Assembly: GCA_046309815.1 (NCBI GenBank)
Contig: JBKCOJ010000010.1
Location: forward strand, 6,997-70,996
Length of the DNA stretch: 64,000 nucleotides
DNA from: Pseudomonadota bacterium
Lineage (GTDB): Bacteria > Pseudomonadota > Alphaproteobacteria > Paracaedibacterales > CAITNM01
Direction: 5' to 3'
Shown here: positions 37,472-47,670 of the stretch, piece after piece
Numbering within the stretch: the stretch's first letter is position 1
Layout: every line of letters begins with the position of its first letter
Notes under the pieces: model-generated
Databases searched by the model: none
Told to the model about the DNA's origin: nothing
Seen by the model: the letters and a program-made list of their open reading frames with translations, nothing else
Translations under genes and position numbers: made by a program

Positions 37472-37577
37472 GATTTTAATGTCAGAGATGATTTCCGCAG
37501 CTAAAACTTGATAATACATTGAAATTCGAAACATAATATTATATATTCCTCATTTGCATTAATTAACTGATAATATT

Positions 37578-38525
37578 GTGTTATTCAAAGCTATAGTGTT
37601 GCTTTTCTTTTCTTCATCTTTTTATCTGTGTTCCTCAACAAAATGGGGGTACGCGCCAGAAGAAGATGATCACGATAAGGCAATTGCTGGAATTATTGAT
37701 ACTGCTGGTTACACAGAGAAGAAAAGTTCAAGAATAGGGCTGCAAACATTACAAGAAATTGTAGAAAGAAATGATGCTGATTTTGATGAAATTATCACTT
37801 TACTAATTGAATATCGGGAAAACGCGGAAGATCTCTTAGATTATATTTTTGATCAAAGGGTCGATATAAATACAAGAATAGACATCGTCAAATATCTTTT
37901 AAATGATTTTGCTTTTAAAAAATATTCTATGAAAATCGGAGATGCCAGTTTAGTGCTATTAGAAGAGCGGATAATAAGAGGGCAAACGAAAGCGGAAATT
38001 GCTGAGGCAATTTTGAGCAAAGCCCACATGGTTGAGTATCACGAGAGAGTAGCTCGGAATGGGGTGGATTTTATTAAAAATGCATCAGTTAACAGTGAAA
38101 CAAAAGCACTCTTAACTCTGGAGATTTTTCTTAGTAGAAATCTAGGCAATTACCACCCAATTGCTGAACGAAAGACGCTTGATAGTTGGGAAAAGCTTTT
38201 GATTGAAGGAGATCTTTCAGAAAAGTTGGACGTTGATGATTGGCAAGGAGCTCCTGAATCTAGAGAGTTATTTGAACTTCGAAAATCAGTTTTTTCTTTA
38301 ACAAAAGAAGTAATAGCAGATAATATTTTGAAAAATCCGTTGTTAGAAACATACCATGAAAAAGCTTTGGGGCACGCTAGTGAGAAACAAGTGAAGGCTT
38401 ATAAAGCAAAGAAAAGAGATTTAGCCTACAAACAAGCTTTAGGGAAAGCGGCTCTGAAAAGAAAAAAAGAAGAACAAAATGGAATCAAAAGAGTGAGAAG
38501 AGTTCCAAGAAAATTAGACTGCTGA
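37578..38525 (+). CDS. hypothetical secreted helical-repeat protein (315 aa)
   Basis: GTG start, signal-like N-terminus, recurring ...IL.N....YHE.A... repeat, basic Lys/Arg-rich tail. Confidence 0.5.
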   Translation: MLFKAIVLLFFSSSFYLCSSTKWGYAPEEDDHDKAIAGIIDTAGYTEKKSSRIGLQTLQEIVERNDADFDEIITLLIEYRENAEDLLDYIFDQRVDINTRIDIVKYLLNDFAFKKYSMKIGDASLVLLEERIIRGQTKAEIAEAILSKAHMVEYHERVARNGVDFIKNASVNSETKALLTLEIFLSRNLGNYHPIAERKTLDSWEKLLIEGDLSEKLDVDDWQGAPESRELFELRKSVFSLTKEVIADNILKNPLLETYHEKALGHASEKQVKAYKAKKRDLAYKQALGKAALKRKKEEQNGIKRVRRVPRKLDC

Positions 38526-38532
38526 TATTCCC

Positions 38533-39303
38533 ATGCGAACAATTCTTTTAAATAGTCTTTGTTTGTATTTTCTCTTGAATGCCTTCTGTTTAGCGATGGA
38601 AGGGCCAGTTCATCATCCAGATTATTATGCAAGGATTACTGGTTATATTTTGGCTGATCAACATTTAGCGGTACATCATCATAAAAATGCAGTGCAAGCA
38701 ATGGGTTACATTGAGGATTCAAGAGTTTCTCCGAGCATCAAAGCAAGTCTTATTAATCAGATTTTTCTTAAAAGTGAACTTGAAAAATTCCAGATGCCCG
38801 CAGCATCTGTGGGAATTACTCTTCTAGAGCAAGGAGTACTTGATAATCGTGATAAAGCAATGCTGGCATTACACTTTTTTACAAAGAGATCTTTAAAAAA
38901 ATATTATCAGCACGAGGTTGCTATAAAGGCGTGGAAAGAATTTTCATCTGATCTAAGCACATACTCTTCAATTTCTCTGGCAAAAGAAGTTATTGCTAGT
39001 ACCATTTTAGAAAACGATAAATTTCGAAAGCATTATGAGCATGCCATTTTAGTTTGGAAAAATCTTAATTTGCACTCACGGGGATTTATGATTTGTAACA
39101 TTTTGATAAACGATGATTTAGTTGCATACCATTCAGAAGCAGAGAAAACTCTTAGGCGTTTTTTCGCTGTTGATAGCGATGTGCCTTTTTATACAAAAAA
39201 GCGATTAGCAGAAATGATAGAAAATACTCGAGGAAAAAGATTGAAAAATGCACGTACGATTGCTGCATCTTATTTAGCCTCTTTGCCTAAGATTAAGATT
39301 TAG
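38533..39303 (+). CDS. hypothetical secreted helical-repeat protein (256 aa), paralogue of 37578-38525
   Basis: Signal-like N-terminus. AKEVIASTILENDKFRKHYEHAILVW parallels TKEVIADNILKNPLLETYHEKALGHA in the upstream gene. Confidence 0.5.
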   Translation: MRTILLNSLCLYFLLNAFCLAMEGPVHHPDYYARITGYILADQHLAVHHHKNAVQAMGYIEDSRVSPSIKASLINQIFLKSELEKFQMPAASVGITLLEQGVLDNRDKAMLALHFFTKRSLKKYYQHEVAIKAWKEFSSDLSTYSSISLAKEVIASTILENDKFRKHYEHAILVWKNLNLHSRGFMICNILINDDLVAYHSEAEKTLRRFFAVDSDVPFYTKKRLAEMIENTRGKRLKNARTIAASYLASLPKIKI

Positions 39304-39575
39304 CAAGGGTAACAGGCTCTTCTTCTGAGCAAGCATTGAGAGCGGTAAAACGAAAAAGAACTCTTACCGAAAAAGAGGAATGTTCAAATTTTTAAATTCT
39401 TGTTTAGTGTGTATACGCTTAGCTAAGCATGAAGCTAAATAAAAGACTTTATTCATTTGTATTTTTATTAAAATTTTAAATTAATAATTTTTGTTTTTTT
39501 ATAATATTTGATCTCCAATAATAAAATCTTGAATTTAATACTTGTTTTTTTCTATGATGGAATGAGAGTCAAACA

Positions 39576-40415
39576 ATGGAACATCAAATGTCTGAAAATC
39601 ATAGTCCTTATATCGTCGTGTTAGGTAATGAAAAAGGCGGAACAGGTAAGTCAACGGCTGCAATGCATATTATCACCTCACTTTTGCGTCAAGGATACAA
39701 GGTTGGAAGTATTGATGTGGACGCGCGGCAAGGAACGCTTTCTCGTTATGTAGAAAATAGGCGCTTACGCAGTGAAGCAAATCCTAGTGAGCACCTGCCT
39801 TTGCCCGAGCATTATCCCGTTTTTCGTTCGGAAAAATCTATTGTCGAAGAAGCGCAGGCAGAGGATGAAAAAAATTTCAAGGAAGCTCTGGAAAAATTAA
39901 AGAATAATGATTATATCGTGGTTGATACTCCGGGAAGTGATATGTATTTGTCGCGCTTGGCTCATAGTTTTGCCGATACGCTTATCACTCCTTTAAATGA
40001 TAGTTTTATTGATTTGGATATGTTAGCACGCTTAAACCCAGAAACAATGGAAATTGTTCGTCCAAGCACTTATTCAGAAATGGTGTGGGAGCAAAAAAAG
40101 CAACGAGCGATACGTGGTGATCGTCGCGCTATTGACTGGATTGTACTGCGTAACCGTTTGAATGCGGTTAATTCGCGTAACAAAGAAGAAATGCGTAAAG
40201 CGCTAGAAACACTCTCAAAGCGTATAGGGTTTCGCTTGGTAGCAGGATTTGGTGAACGTGTGATTTTCAGGGAGCTTTTTTTAAATGGCATTACCCTGCT
40301 TGATTTGCGCGAAGCAAGAATAGCGATGAATATATCCCATGTTGCTGCTCGCCAAGAGTTAAATCAGCTGCTAGAAATGATCCAGATTCCGAAACAAACA
40401 AAGAAAGTGGCCTAA
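39576..40415 (+). CDS. mipZ: ParA-like division-plane positioning ATPase MipZ
   Basis: IVVLGNEKGGTGKSTAAMHI deviant Walker A, then DVDARQGTLSRYVENRR, matching the MipZ pattern. 279 aa. Confidence 0.8.
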   Translation: MEHQMSENHSPYIVVLGNEKGGTGKSTAAMHIITSLLRQGYKVGSIDVDARQGTLSRYVENRRLRSEANPSEHLPLPEHYPVFRSEKSIVEEAQAEDEKNFKEALEKLKNNDYIVVDTPGSDMYLSRLAHSFADTLITPLNDSFIDLDMLARLNPETMEIVRPSTYSEMVWEQKKQRAIRGDRRAIDWIVLRNRLNAVNSRNKEEMRKALETLSKRIGFRLVAGFGERVIFRELFLNGITLLDLREARIAMNISHVAARQELNQLLEMIQIPKQTKKVA

Positions 40416-41293
40416 TGATTAAAACTGCTGTTTTCCCCGTAGCTGGTCTTGGAAGCCGATTTTTACCGGCAACCAAAGCTATTCCAAAAGAAATGTTGGT
40501 GGTTGTTGATAAGCCACTTATCCAGTATGCAGTCGAAGAAGCAAAAGCAGCAGGGATTGAAAAATTTATTTTCATTACGTCTCAAGGAAAAGAGGCAATA
40601 GAAGATCATTTCGATAGCCACAGTGGGCTTGAGTCAATTTTACACGCTCGCGGAAAAAATGAAGACTTGGCAAAAATTCGCTCCATTCGTATTCCAGAAG
40701 GGCAAGCCCTGTTTGTGCGTCAGCATGAACCGTTAGGCTTAGGACATGCCGTATGGTGCGCGCGTCATTTTATTCAAGAAGATGCCTTTGCGCTGTTATT
40801 GGCAGACGATTTAATCCAGGCGAAAGTACCGTGTTTAAAACAAATGGTTGAGTCTTATAGTAAAGATGATGGCAACATGGTGGCGGTTATTGATGTTCCA
40901 AAAAATGAAGTGAATCGTTATGGTGTGCTGGATATAGGATCCCAAACGAATGCAAAAGTAAGTGCGAAGGCGGTGGTTGAAAAGCCAGATATTTCGGTTG
41001 CACCTTCAACTACGGCAATTATAGGTCGTTATATTTTAAGTACCTCAATCTTTGAGCCTCTTGGTTTCAAAAAAGCTGGAGCAGGTGGAGAAATTCAGTT
41101 AACCGATGGACTGCAGTCTATGCTAAAGGCAAATACGCCGTTGACAGGATTTCGCTTTCAAGGTGAGCGCTATGATTGCGGCACAAAAATAGGCTGGCTG
41201 CAGGCTAACCTTGCTCTGGCAGCAAGTGACCCAGAAGTTCGCCCGCACTTAGAGTCTGTGCTTCCGACGCTTAAAATGCCTTTATCGGCTTAG
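40415..41293 (+). CDS. galU: UTP--glucose-1-phosphate uridylyltransferase
   Basis: AVFPVAGLGSRFLPATKAIPKEMLVVVDKPLIQY signature. 292 aa. Confidence 0.95.
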   Translation: MIKTAVFPVAGLGSRFLPATKAIPKEMLVVVDKPLIQYAVEEAKAAGIEKFIFITSQGKEAIEDHFDSHSGLESILHARGKNEDLAKIRSIRIPEGQALFVRQHEPLGLGHAVWCARHFIQEDAFALLLADDLIQAKVPCLKQMVESYSKDDGNMVAVIDVPKNEVNRYGVLDIGSQTNAKVSAKAVVEKPDISVAPSTTAIIGRYILSTSIFEPLGFKKAGAGGEIQLTDGLQSMLKANTPLTGFRFQGERYDCGTKIGWLQANLALAASDPEVRPHLESVLPTLKMPLSA

Positions 41294-41303
41294 AATTCTT
41301 ATT

Positions 41304-42070
41304 TCAGCCTAAATCTGTTTGCAATAAAGTTGTGACAGATCGAATTTGCTTGGCTAAAGATGCTTCTTCTTCCGGACTTAGGTATTTCACAAGATCTTTG
41401 ATAAATCTTTCATGCGGGGTGCTTGTCGTGATAATGATTTTTTGCCTCTTCTGATTATAGAGTAGATGCAGAAGATATGTTGCGACTGCACCACTAATTT
41501 CTGGGCCTTCAAAATGAAAATCTTCACTGTAAAGGTCATCAATGATGACGACATTGTACGGATTAAGTTGTCTTGTATGATATGCTGGCATGCGGCCTAA
41601 AGGTGAAATACAAAAATTATGATCATCCAGATATTGATACATTGCTCCCGCTTTTAAAAAGAGCACTCTTTTTTTGGCTTTCAAAAAGAAAAAGCGGCCT
41701 CTCTTGCTAGATGTGTTTTCCCACTGCCTTCGGGGCCATGTAAATAGAGTAATTGTGATCCATTATTTGTAAAAGGTTGACGCGTAAATTTTTGAAAAAT
41801 CTCCAGAACCTTTTTATCTTTAAAATGCTGCGTTACGGAATTTTTGAAGCGTTTTTCTTCTAAAGTATCACCGTCAATTCCGCCAAGAAACCTCGTGCGC
41901 AATGAAATATTTCGTGTTGTTTGAGCAATAGGACGCTTGACAAAATCTACACCAAGACGTGGCAATAGATGAAGAGAGGCTCCATATATTTGATAGCAAA
42001 ATAAGAAAAATAGACTAAGCTTAAGAAATATGCTTTTTGACAATGATCTTGGTGGGTTTGTAGATTTCAT
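41304..42070 (-). pseudogene. DnaA/Hda-like P-loop protein split into two ORFs by a frameshift at an A5/T5 run (or a sequencing error)
   Basis: The upstream ORF (42070-41681) carries Walker A (LYLHGPEGSGKTHLA). The downstream ORF (41684-41304, TTG) carries Walker B (NVVIIDDL) and IIITTSTP. One extra T in the run at 41683-41687 would fuse them in frame. Confidence 0.5.
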
Positions 42071-42162
42071 ATAAACTCCTAAGTATTATTTTGTTTGGCT
42101 TGCTTTTATTTATTGTTGGTAAGTCGTTGAAAAATTGTATCAAGAATGAAAGAAATTTTACA

Positions 42163-43512
42163 ATGCATACTCCAAATCCTGTCATTTTGCGCGAGTACGA
42201 TATTCGGGGAACCTATGGAAAAACGCTTTTTGAGACGGATGCGACGTGGCTAGGAGAGCGTTTTGGTAGTTTTCTATTTGCTAGTGGTGGCAGAAAAATT
42301 GTGCTTTGTCGCGATGGGCGTGAAAGTTCTCCAGCAATTCAGAAAGCTTTAAGTAAGGCATTAATAAATTGTGGTTTAGAAGTACTGGATATTGGGGTTG
42401 GACCCACACCAATGAGCTATTTTGCAGGGTATGAGTTGAACGCAGATGCGACCTTAATGATTACGGGATCTCATAATCCCAAAGATGATAATGGTATCAA
42501 AATCACGATAAATAATAAGCCCTTTTTTGGTGAGCAAATTCAACATCTTTTGCAGCAAGCCCCCCTAGAAAATACCGGTGGTTGTTATACTGAACGTTTA
42601 GATATTTTTGATGCGTATGTGAAGCGTGTGTTGAAGATTCATCAGTTTAAAAGGCCTTTAAGAATTGCGTGGGATGCTGGAAATGGGGTGGCGGGGCCAG
42701 CTGTTGAAGCATTTTGTAAAGAGTTACCTGAGCATTTTCATGTTCCTTTATTTACACAAATTGATGGCACTTTCCCGAATCATCATCCTGATCCGAGTGT
42801 TCCTAAAAACTTAAAAAGTCTTATTCAAGCAGTGGAAGAAAATGCTTGCGATATAGGTTTTGCCTTTGATGGAGATGCTGATCGCATCGGTGTGGTTGAT
42901 GCAAATGGCCGAATTATTGCGGGCGATGAACTGGTTGCTATTTTGGCAAAAGCTATTCTTCAAGAGGTAAAAGGTGGGACGATTATTGCGGATGTGAAAT
43001 GTAGTAATCATACGTTTCAAGCTATTACACACGCGGGTGGAAAAGCAGTGATGGAGCGTACTGGACACTCATGGATTAAGCAAGCAATGGCGAAAGAAAG
43101 TGCTATTTTTGCAGGTGAAATGAGTGGGCATATGTTTTTTAAACACAATTATTATGGTTTTGATGACGGATTATACGCAGCGGTTTTTTTACTAAATTAC
43201 GTTCAAACCTTGCCGGAGAACTTTTCAAATTTTGTGGCTAAACTCCCTAAAACATATAGTACGCCGGAGATTCGTCTTGAATGTTCTGAAGAAGAAAAAT
43301 TTAAAATCATTGATGATTTGAAAAGTAAGCTTAACCAAGCAGGAAAAATTTTTAATGATCTTGATGGTGTAAGAGTTGTCGAATCAAAAGGGTGGTGGTT
43401 AGTGCGTGCTTCTAATACGCAAAATGCGCTTATCGTGCGCGCTGAAGGTGATACAGAGAACGATTTACAAGTAATACTTAACGAGCTTAAATCTTTTGGA
43501 ATACAAATATGA
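42163..43512 (+). CDS. phosphomannomutase/phosphoglucomutase
   Basis: ILREYDIRG, TGSHNPKDDNG, GFAFDGDADR and GEMSGH motifs. Start at ATG 42163. Confidence 0.9.
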   Translation: MHTPNPVILREYDIRGTYGKTLFETDATWLGERFGSFLFASGGRKIVLCRDGRESSPAIQKALSKALINCGLEVLDIGVGPTPMSYFAGYELNADATLMITGSHNPKDDNGIKITINNKPFFGEQIQHLLQQAPLENTGGCYTERLDIFDAYVKRVLKIHQFKRPLRIAWDAGNGVAGPAVEAFCKELPEHFHVPLFTQIDGTFPNHHPDPSVPKNLKSLIQAVEENACDIGFAFDGDADRIGVVDANGRIIAGDELVAILAKAILQEVKGGTIIADVKCSNHTFQAITHAGGKAVMERTGHSWIKQAMAKESAIFAGEMSGHMFFKHNYYGFDDGLYAAVFLLNYVQTLPENFSNFVAKLPKTYSTPEIRLECSEEEKFKIIDDLKSKLNQAGKIFNDLDGVRVVESKGWWLVRASNTQNALIVRAEGDTENDLQVILNELKSFGIQI

Positions 43513-43920
43513 TTAATGTGTGGTTGGTTGTTCCATGGAAAGGCCAGCCCAAAAATCTTCCATTGCTTTTAGATTCGTTATTGTTTTCTCATAAAGATCT
43601 TTATTGCGCTTTATGATGTACTGGTTAATAAGGGAATGTAAGTTCTCAAAATGCTGTTGCAGTTCTTTTAATCCCTTTTCAAGTTCAGCATTATTTTTAT
43701 TTTTTTCAATAGTTTGAGAGATATATCCTTCCATGATATTTGCAAGAGCAATCGATTTATAAACAGCTTTTTCGCCTGTTTCAATACTTGCTGCTAATTT
43801 GTAACTTCTAAAATGGCGTTCGCTTTCTTGTAATTTCATGTTTATATCTTTAACGATTAGTGCAATCTGTTGATTAACAGCTAGGCCTTGTATAGATGTT
43901 TTTTTATATCGACTGTACAT
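43513..43920 (-). CDS. fliS: flagellar export chaperone FliS
   Basis: 135-aa helical protein directly downstream of fliD. The C-terminal ...AMEDFWAGL fits the FliS pattern. Confidence 0.65.
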   Translation of the reverse strand: MYSRYKKTSIQGLAVNQQIALIVKDINMKLQESERHFRSYKLAASIETGEKAVYKSIALANIMEGYISQTIEKNKNNAELEKGLKELQQHFENLHSLINQYIIKRNKDLYEKTITNLKAMEDFWAGLSMEQPTTH

Positions 43921-43933
43921 AATCTAAATCCTA

Positions 43934-45811
43934 CTAATGTCTATTATTACTCATCGCCGTCATCATGCTATCTAGTTGTCTTGAAAAATCGGCATAACGT
44001 GATTTCATGGCATCATAACGAGCGGCTTGGGCTATCCATTTTTTTTCTTCTCTGTCCGCTTTTTTTTCAATTTCTTTTACTCTTTTTTCTAGTTTTTCAT
44101 TCTTTTTTGTAATTGTTTTAACGGCGGTTTCGAAATCACCACTGGGAGTTAATTCTCCTGTTTTCTTATCTCTGGTCTCCTTTTGGAGACTTTGAGCGCA
44201 TGATCTTGCCGCAGTTAGTGCCAGCCCTTGTGTTGCGGTCATTGAAAAAGTAACTGGACTTTCTTCTGGAACAGGTGCGCCTTTATAGTCAATCGTAATT
44301 TTCTCAAAAATGCTACCTTTTGGTCCAACTAGACGAGAAATTGTTGTTTGTTCTATGTCGCCAGAGTCATGTCCTGCGCATTGAAATCGTGCATAAGATT
44401 TCCCATCCTTAGTACTAAGGGTGATTTTAATGGGTTTCCCTGCAATTGATGGATCAAGATTCGTTCCAAGATCTGCAACATGAAAATTTGTATTTGTCGT
44501 TGTTGCGTAATTTCCAAATAATTTTCTAACTTTTTCAAAATTATTGGTGATTGCTGATAAGATTTTTTGTTTGTCGGTTATGGTAAAAGTGCCTGTCTGA
44601 AAACCTGTGGCTGCGGCATCTCTTACGATGCCTATATCTTTACAAGATTTGTAATCACCGTCTTTAGCGCCTAATTTGCTCTCATTGTTACCGCCCACAA
44701 ACATGAAATTGGCAATGGCTGATAACTGTTTATCAAGAGCTCTAATCAGGGGAATACGAAACATCAATGCTTCTGGATCCAGAGGATTATGATCTTCGTC
44801 TTCCATGAGATTTCTATTTAAAATTTCGCGAATTTCGTTAAAGTGCACGAAAAAGGCCACAATTTTTTCACAAGCTTCGCCTGTATTATTGCTAATGTTA
44901 ATATTAATATCATCGTATGTGCCACTACTATTTTTACTAGGATTCAGAAGTTTAATAGTTACGCCGGGCATTAAATCTTCAACAATGTTTGTATCAAATG
45001 TGTACTCTTTAGTTACTACGCCATGTGCGCCATCAACAATATCGCATTCTACCTTAGCTTTTAATTTGCCTATGTCTGTGGGATCTGTGCTAATGCCAAA
45101 GTATGTACTTAAAATTGCAGCATCGTCCACAAAAGTTATAGGTTTTGCAAGTTCACTTCCATTTAATATGAGATAAAACTGATTGCCATTTTGTTTAAAA
45201 CTAGCTTGTATATCTGAATTCGAGTTATTAATGGCCGAAGTAATAGAGTAAAGACTGTCCGATGGAGCAATTGTAATAAGCTCACCACCATTTATTTGAA
45301 AGCTTCCGGAAAGGCCTAAAGCTTCAGTGCTAGAGGTAATAGCAATATCATCTAATTTTTTAACAGTGTTAGTGGTGATGCGGGAATCTACCGATGCTAT
45401 TTGTAGGACTCGTATCGATATTCCGTTGTTTGTTGCCTGTGCAGCGCTTTGATCAATGGTGACATCCACATACGAGGTTGCTGGTTTTCCAAAGCGTGTG
45501 ACAGAAGCTTGGAGGTTTCTAAAACTATTTTCAATGCCTGTGGCATCATCGAGGCGATTACTTAAAGCAATAGCATCAGCTTGTAATGCTTGGACTTTTG
45601 CTTGCAAAGCACTAATAGCTGGGAGAACTTTTGATTTATTTTTATCGATGATCTCGGTTTGTTTTTGTGCAGACGCAAGCGTGGCTTCTTTGATTTTTGT
45701 ACCAGTATCCTGCATATCGAGGCCGCCAGTATTCAATCCAATGCGGGTAGGTTTTTTACCGCTTGGATCGACATGTGCTCTTCCCATAGTGACTTCACCG
45801 GGCCCTGGCAT
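43934..45811 (-). CDS. fliD: flagellar filament capping protein FliD
   Basis: The N-terminal IGLNTGGLDMQD...ISALQAKVQALQ and C-terminal coiled coil (RYDAMKSRYADFSRQLDSM) match the FliD N and C domains. GAGGTGG SD before ATG 45811. Confidence 0.8.
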   Translation of the reverse strand: MPGPGEVTMGRAHVDPSGKKPTRIGLNTGGLDMQDTGTKIKEATLASAQKQTEIIDKNKSKVLPAISALQAKVQALQADAIALSNRLDDATGIENSFRNLQASVTRFGKPATSYVDVTIDQSAAQATNNGISIRVLQIASVDSRITTNTVKKLDDIAITSSTEALGLSGSFQINGGELITIAPSDSLYSITSAINNSNSDIQASFKQNGNQFYLILNGSELAKPITFVDDAAILSTYFGISTDPTDIGKLKAKVECDIVDGAHGVVTKEYTFDTNIVEDLMPGVTIKLLNPSKNSSGTYDDININISNNTGEACEKIVAFFVHFNEIREILNRNLMEDEDHNPLDPEALMFRIPLIRALDKQLSAIANFMFVGGNNESKLGAKDGDYKSCKDIGIVRDAAATGFQTGTFTITDKQKILSAITNNFEKVRKLFGNYATTTNTNFHVADLGTNLDPSIAGKPIKITLSTKDGKSYARFQCAGHDSGDIEQTTISRLVGPKGSIFEKITIDYKGAPVPEESPVTFSMTATQGLALTAARSCAQSLQKETRDKKTGELTPSGDFETAVKTITKKNEKLEKRVKEIEKKADREEKKWIAQAARYDAMKSRYADFSRQLDSMMTAMSNNRH

Positions 45812-45891
45812 TTAGCCACCTCGTGTTACTATATAGTTATATTTTTTTTATACAAGAATCATGCCAGAGGGGAGGACGCAAAATGATTAAA

Positions 45892-46488
45892 TCAAGCAAC
45901 CTTATATCGGTGGGTTAGAGCTGTTGATAAAGTGCCATCATCTAAATAATCAAGCTCGCCACCTACAGGAACTCCGTGAGCAAGGCTTGAAATATTTACG
46001 ACATACGGCGCGATGCGTTCTCGCACATAATGCATCGTTGTTTGTCCATCAAGGGTTGCGCTTAAGGCAAAAATTACCTCTTGGAAAGGAGTATTTTGCA
46101 CTTTCTCAATTAAGGGTTGTAAATGCAGTTGATCTGGCCCAATACCCTGTATTGCGGATAAATTTCCGCCAAGCACAAAATATTGGCCTCGATACGTATT
46201 AGAACGTTCCATTGCCCATAAGTCACTTACAGATTCTACAATGCAAAGGGTGTGAGGATCACGCTTTGGATCATTGCATAAGCTGCATATCGTATGGCTA
46301 TCAAGGTTGAAGCAGCTTTTGCAAATTTGAATGGTATCATACGCGCTGGAAATAGCTTCAATAAGAGGCGCCATGTGAGATTCCTTTTTTTGCAGAAGGT
46401 GCAAAGCGGCTCTGCGTCCAGATCTTGGGCCAAGACCAGGAAGACGGCTTAAAAGCTGTATCAGCCGTTGAATTTCAGCGCTGTTCAT
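45892..46488 (-). CDS. recR: recombination protein RecR
   Basis: LPGLGPRSGRR helix-hairpin-helix, a C4 zinc finger (CKSC...CSLC), and a Toprim region. Confidence 0.95.
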   Translation of the reverse strand: MNSAEIQRLIQLLSRLPGLGPRSGRRAALHLLQKKESHMAPLIEAISSAYDTIQICKSCFNLDSHTICSLCNDPKRDPHTLCIVESVSDLWAMERSNTYRGQYFVLGGNLSAIQGIGPDQLHLQPLIEKVQNTPFQEVIFALSATLDGQTTMHYVRERIAPYVVNISSLAHGVPVGGELDYLDDGTLSTALTHRYKVA

Positions 46489-46532
46489 TGTAGAGTTTTT
46501 TGGTGCATATATTTCTTAAGTAGCATGGATTT

Positions 46533-47444
46533 GTGATAACGCCTAGCCCTATTCGTATTGGAACCAGAAAGTCTGCCTTGGCAATTGCTCAGGCTAGCCA
46601 AGTGGCAGAGGCGATGGGTGTTAAGGATTCTCATGGGTTGATTACCATGGTGAGTTCTGGTTATAAAATAGCTGGGCCATTGCATGAACAAGGGGGGAAA
46701 TCTCTTTTTACCAAAGAATTAGACGCGGATTTATTGAGAGGTGAAGTTGATCTGGTTGTGCACTCGATGAAAGATGTCGAAACGCCTCTACAAGAAGGCT
46801 TGGAAATTGCTGCTATTCCACCTCGGTTAGATCCTCGAGATGTGCTGATTCTTAAATCCAATATTGATCTGAAAAATACAAGAGCACCTATTACAATTGG
46901 TACATGTTCATTACGCCGAGAACATCAACTGAAGTTTTATCATCCAAATATTTCGGTGACGCCTTGCAGAGGAAATATCCAAACGCGATTGCAGAAATAT
47001 GCCAATGGTGATTTTGATGGGATTATCTTGGCATTAGCTGGCCTTACGCGCATGGGGATTTTTAATGAAAATCGTATTGATGGAATTGATGCGCACTTGG
47101 AATTACTTGATGTTCATTCTTTTGTGCCAGCGTCAGGGCAAGGAGCTTTAGCGATAGTACGGCGTGTGGATGATAAGCGTTTTGATAATTTACTTCAAAA
47201 AATACATCACCCTGATAGTTTTTTGGCCATACAAATAGAAAGAAGTGTTACCGAAGCGTTGAATCTTTCCTGTCATGACCCGGTGGGGATATATGCACAG
47301 ATTGAAGGAGCAACGTTTTCTATTCATGCGCAATTGTTTAAGGAACAACGTCTTATAGAGAAAAAAGTGCAGGGCTTGCTTAAAAATCAGGAGAAAACTA
47401 TAAAAAATTTAATTGCCGAGATCCTATTTGAAGCTGAAGTTTAA
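46533..47444 (+). CDS. hemC: hydroxymethylbilane synthase (porphobilinogen deaminase)
   Basis: IRIGTRKSALAIAQA, HSMKDV and RGNIQTRL motifs. GTG start. Confidence 0.95.
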   Translation: MITPSPIRIGTRKSALAIAQASQVAEAMGVKDSHGLITMVSSGYKIAGPLHEQGGKSLFTKELDADLLRGEVDLVVHSMKDVETPLQEGLEIAAIPPRLDPRDVLILKSNIDLKNTRAPITIGTCSLRREHQLKFYHPNISVTPCRGNIQTRLQKYANGDFDGIILALAGLTRMGIFNENRIDGIDAHLELLDVHSFVPASGQGALAIVRRVDDKRFDNLLQKIHHPDSFLAIQIERSVTEALNLSCHDPVGIYAQIEGATFSIHAQLFKEQRLIEKKVQGLLKNQEKTIKNLIAEILFEAEV

Positions 47445-47473
47445 TATTATCTTAATAATAAGGACATCATATG

Positions 47474-47611
47474 AGACGTTCTGCTAAGTGTGTTTTTCGG
47501 CTGCTTTTTCCAATTTTTCACCTCCTCTTTTCACATCTTTTCCTAAGCCTTCCATAGTATTACAACCCATTGTAAATAGGCTTATAGCAATCCCGAGAAA
47601 GAAAATTATTA
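47474..47611 (-). CDS. entericidin A/B-family small lipoprotein (45 aa), absent from the supplied ORF track
   Basis: GGGGG SD before the ATG. MYQIIIFFLGIAISLFTMGC lipobox, then NTMEGLGKDVKRGGEKLEKAA, matching the entericidin pattern. Confidence 0.65.
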
Positions 47612-47670
47612 TTTGATACATAATGCCCCCTTAATGGATATGTGGTACTTTTAAAAACTCTTATGTAATC

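Noticed and set aside
40291-40575. 94-aa minus-strand ORF spanning the mipZ/galU junction, and 40070-40291 inside mipZ
   Set aside because: They are antisense shadows of conserved genes.
44353-45886. Several short ORFs on both strands within and just past fliD (44353-44538, 44805-45176, 45456-45815, 45659-45886)
   Set aside because: They lie inside or antisense to the 625-aa FliD frame, which has a strong SD and N- and C-terminal family features.
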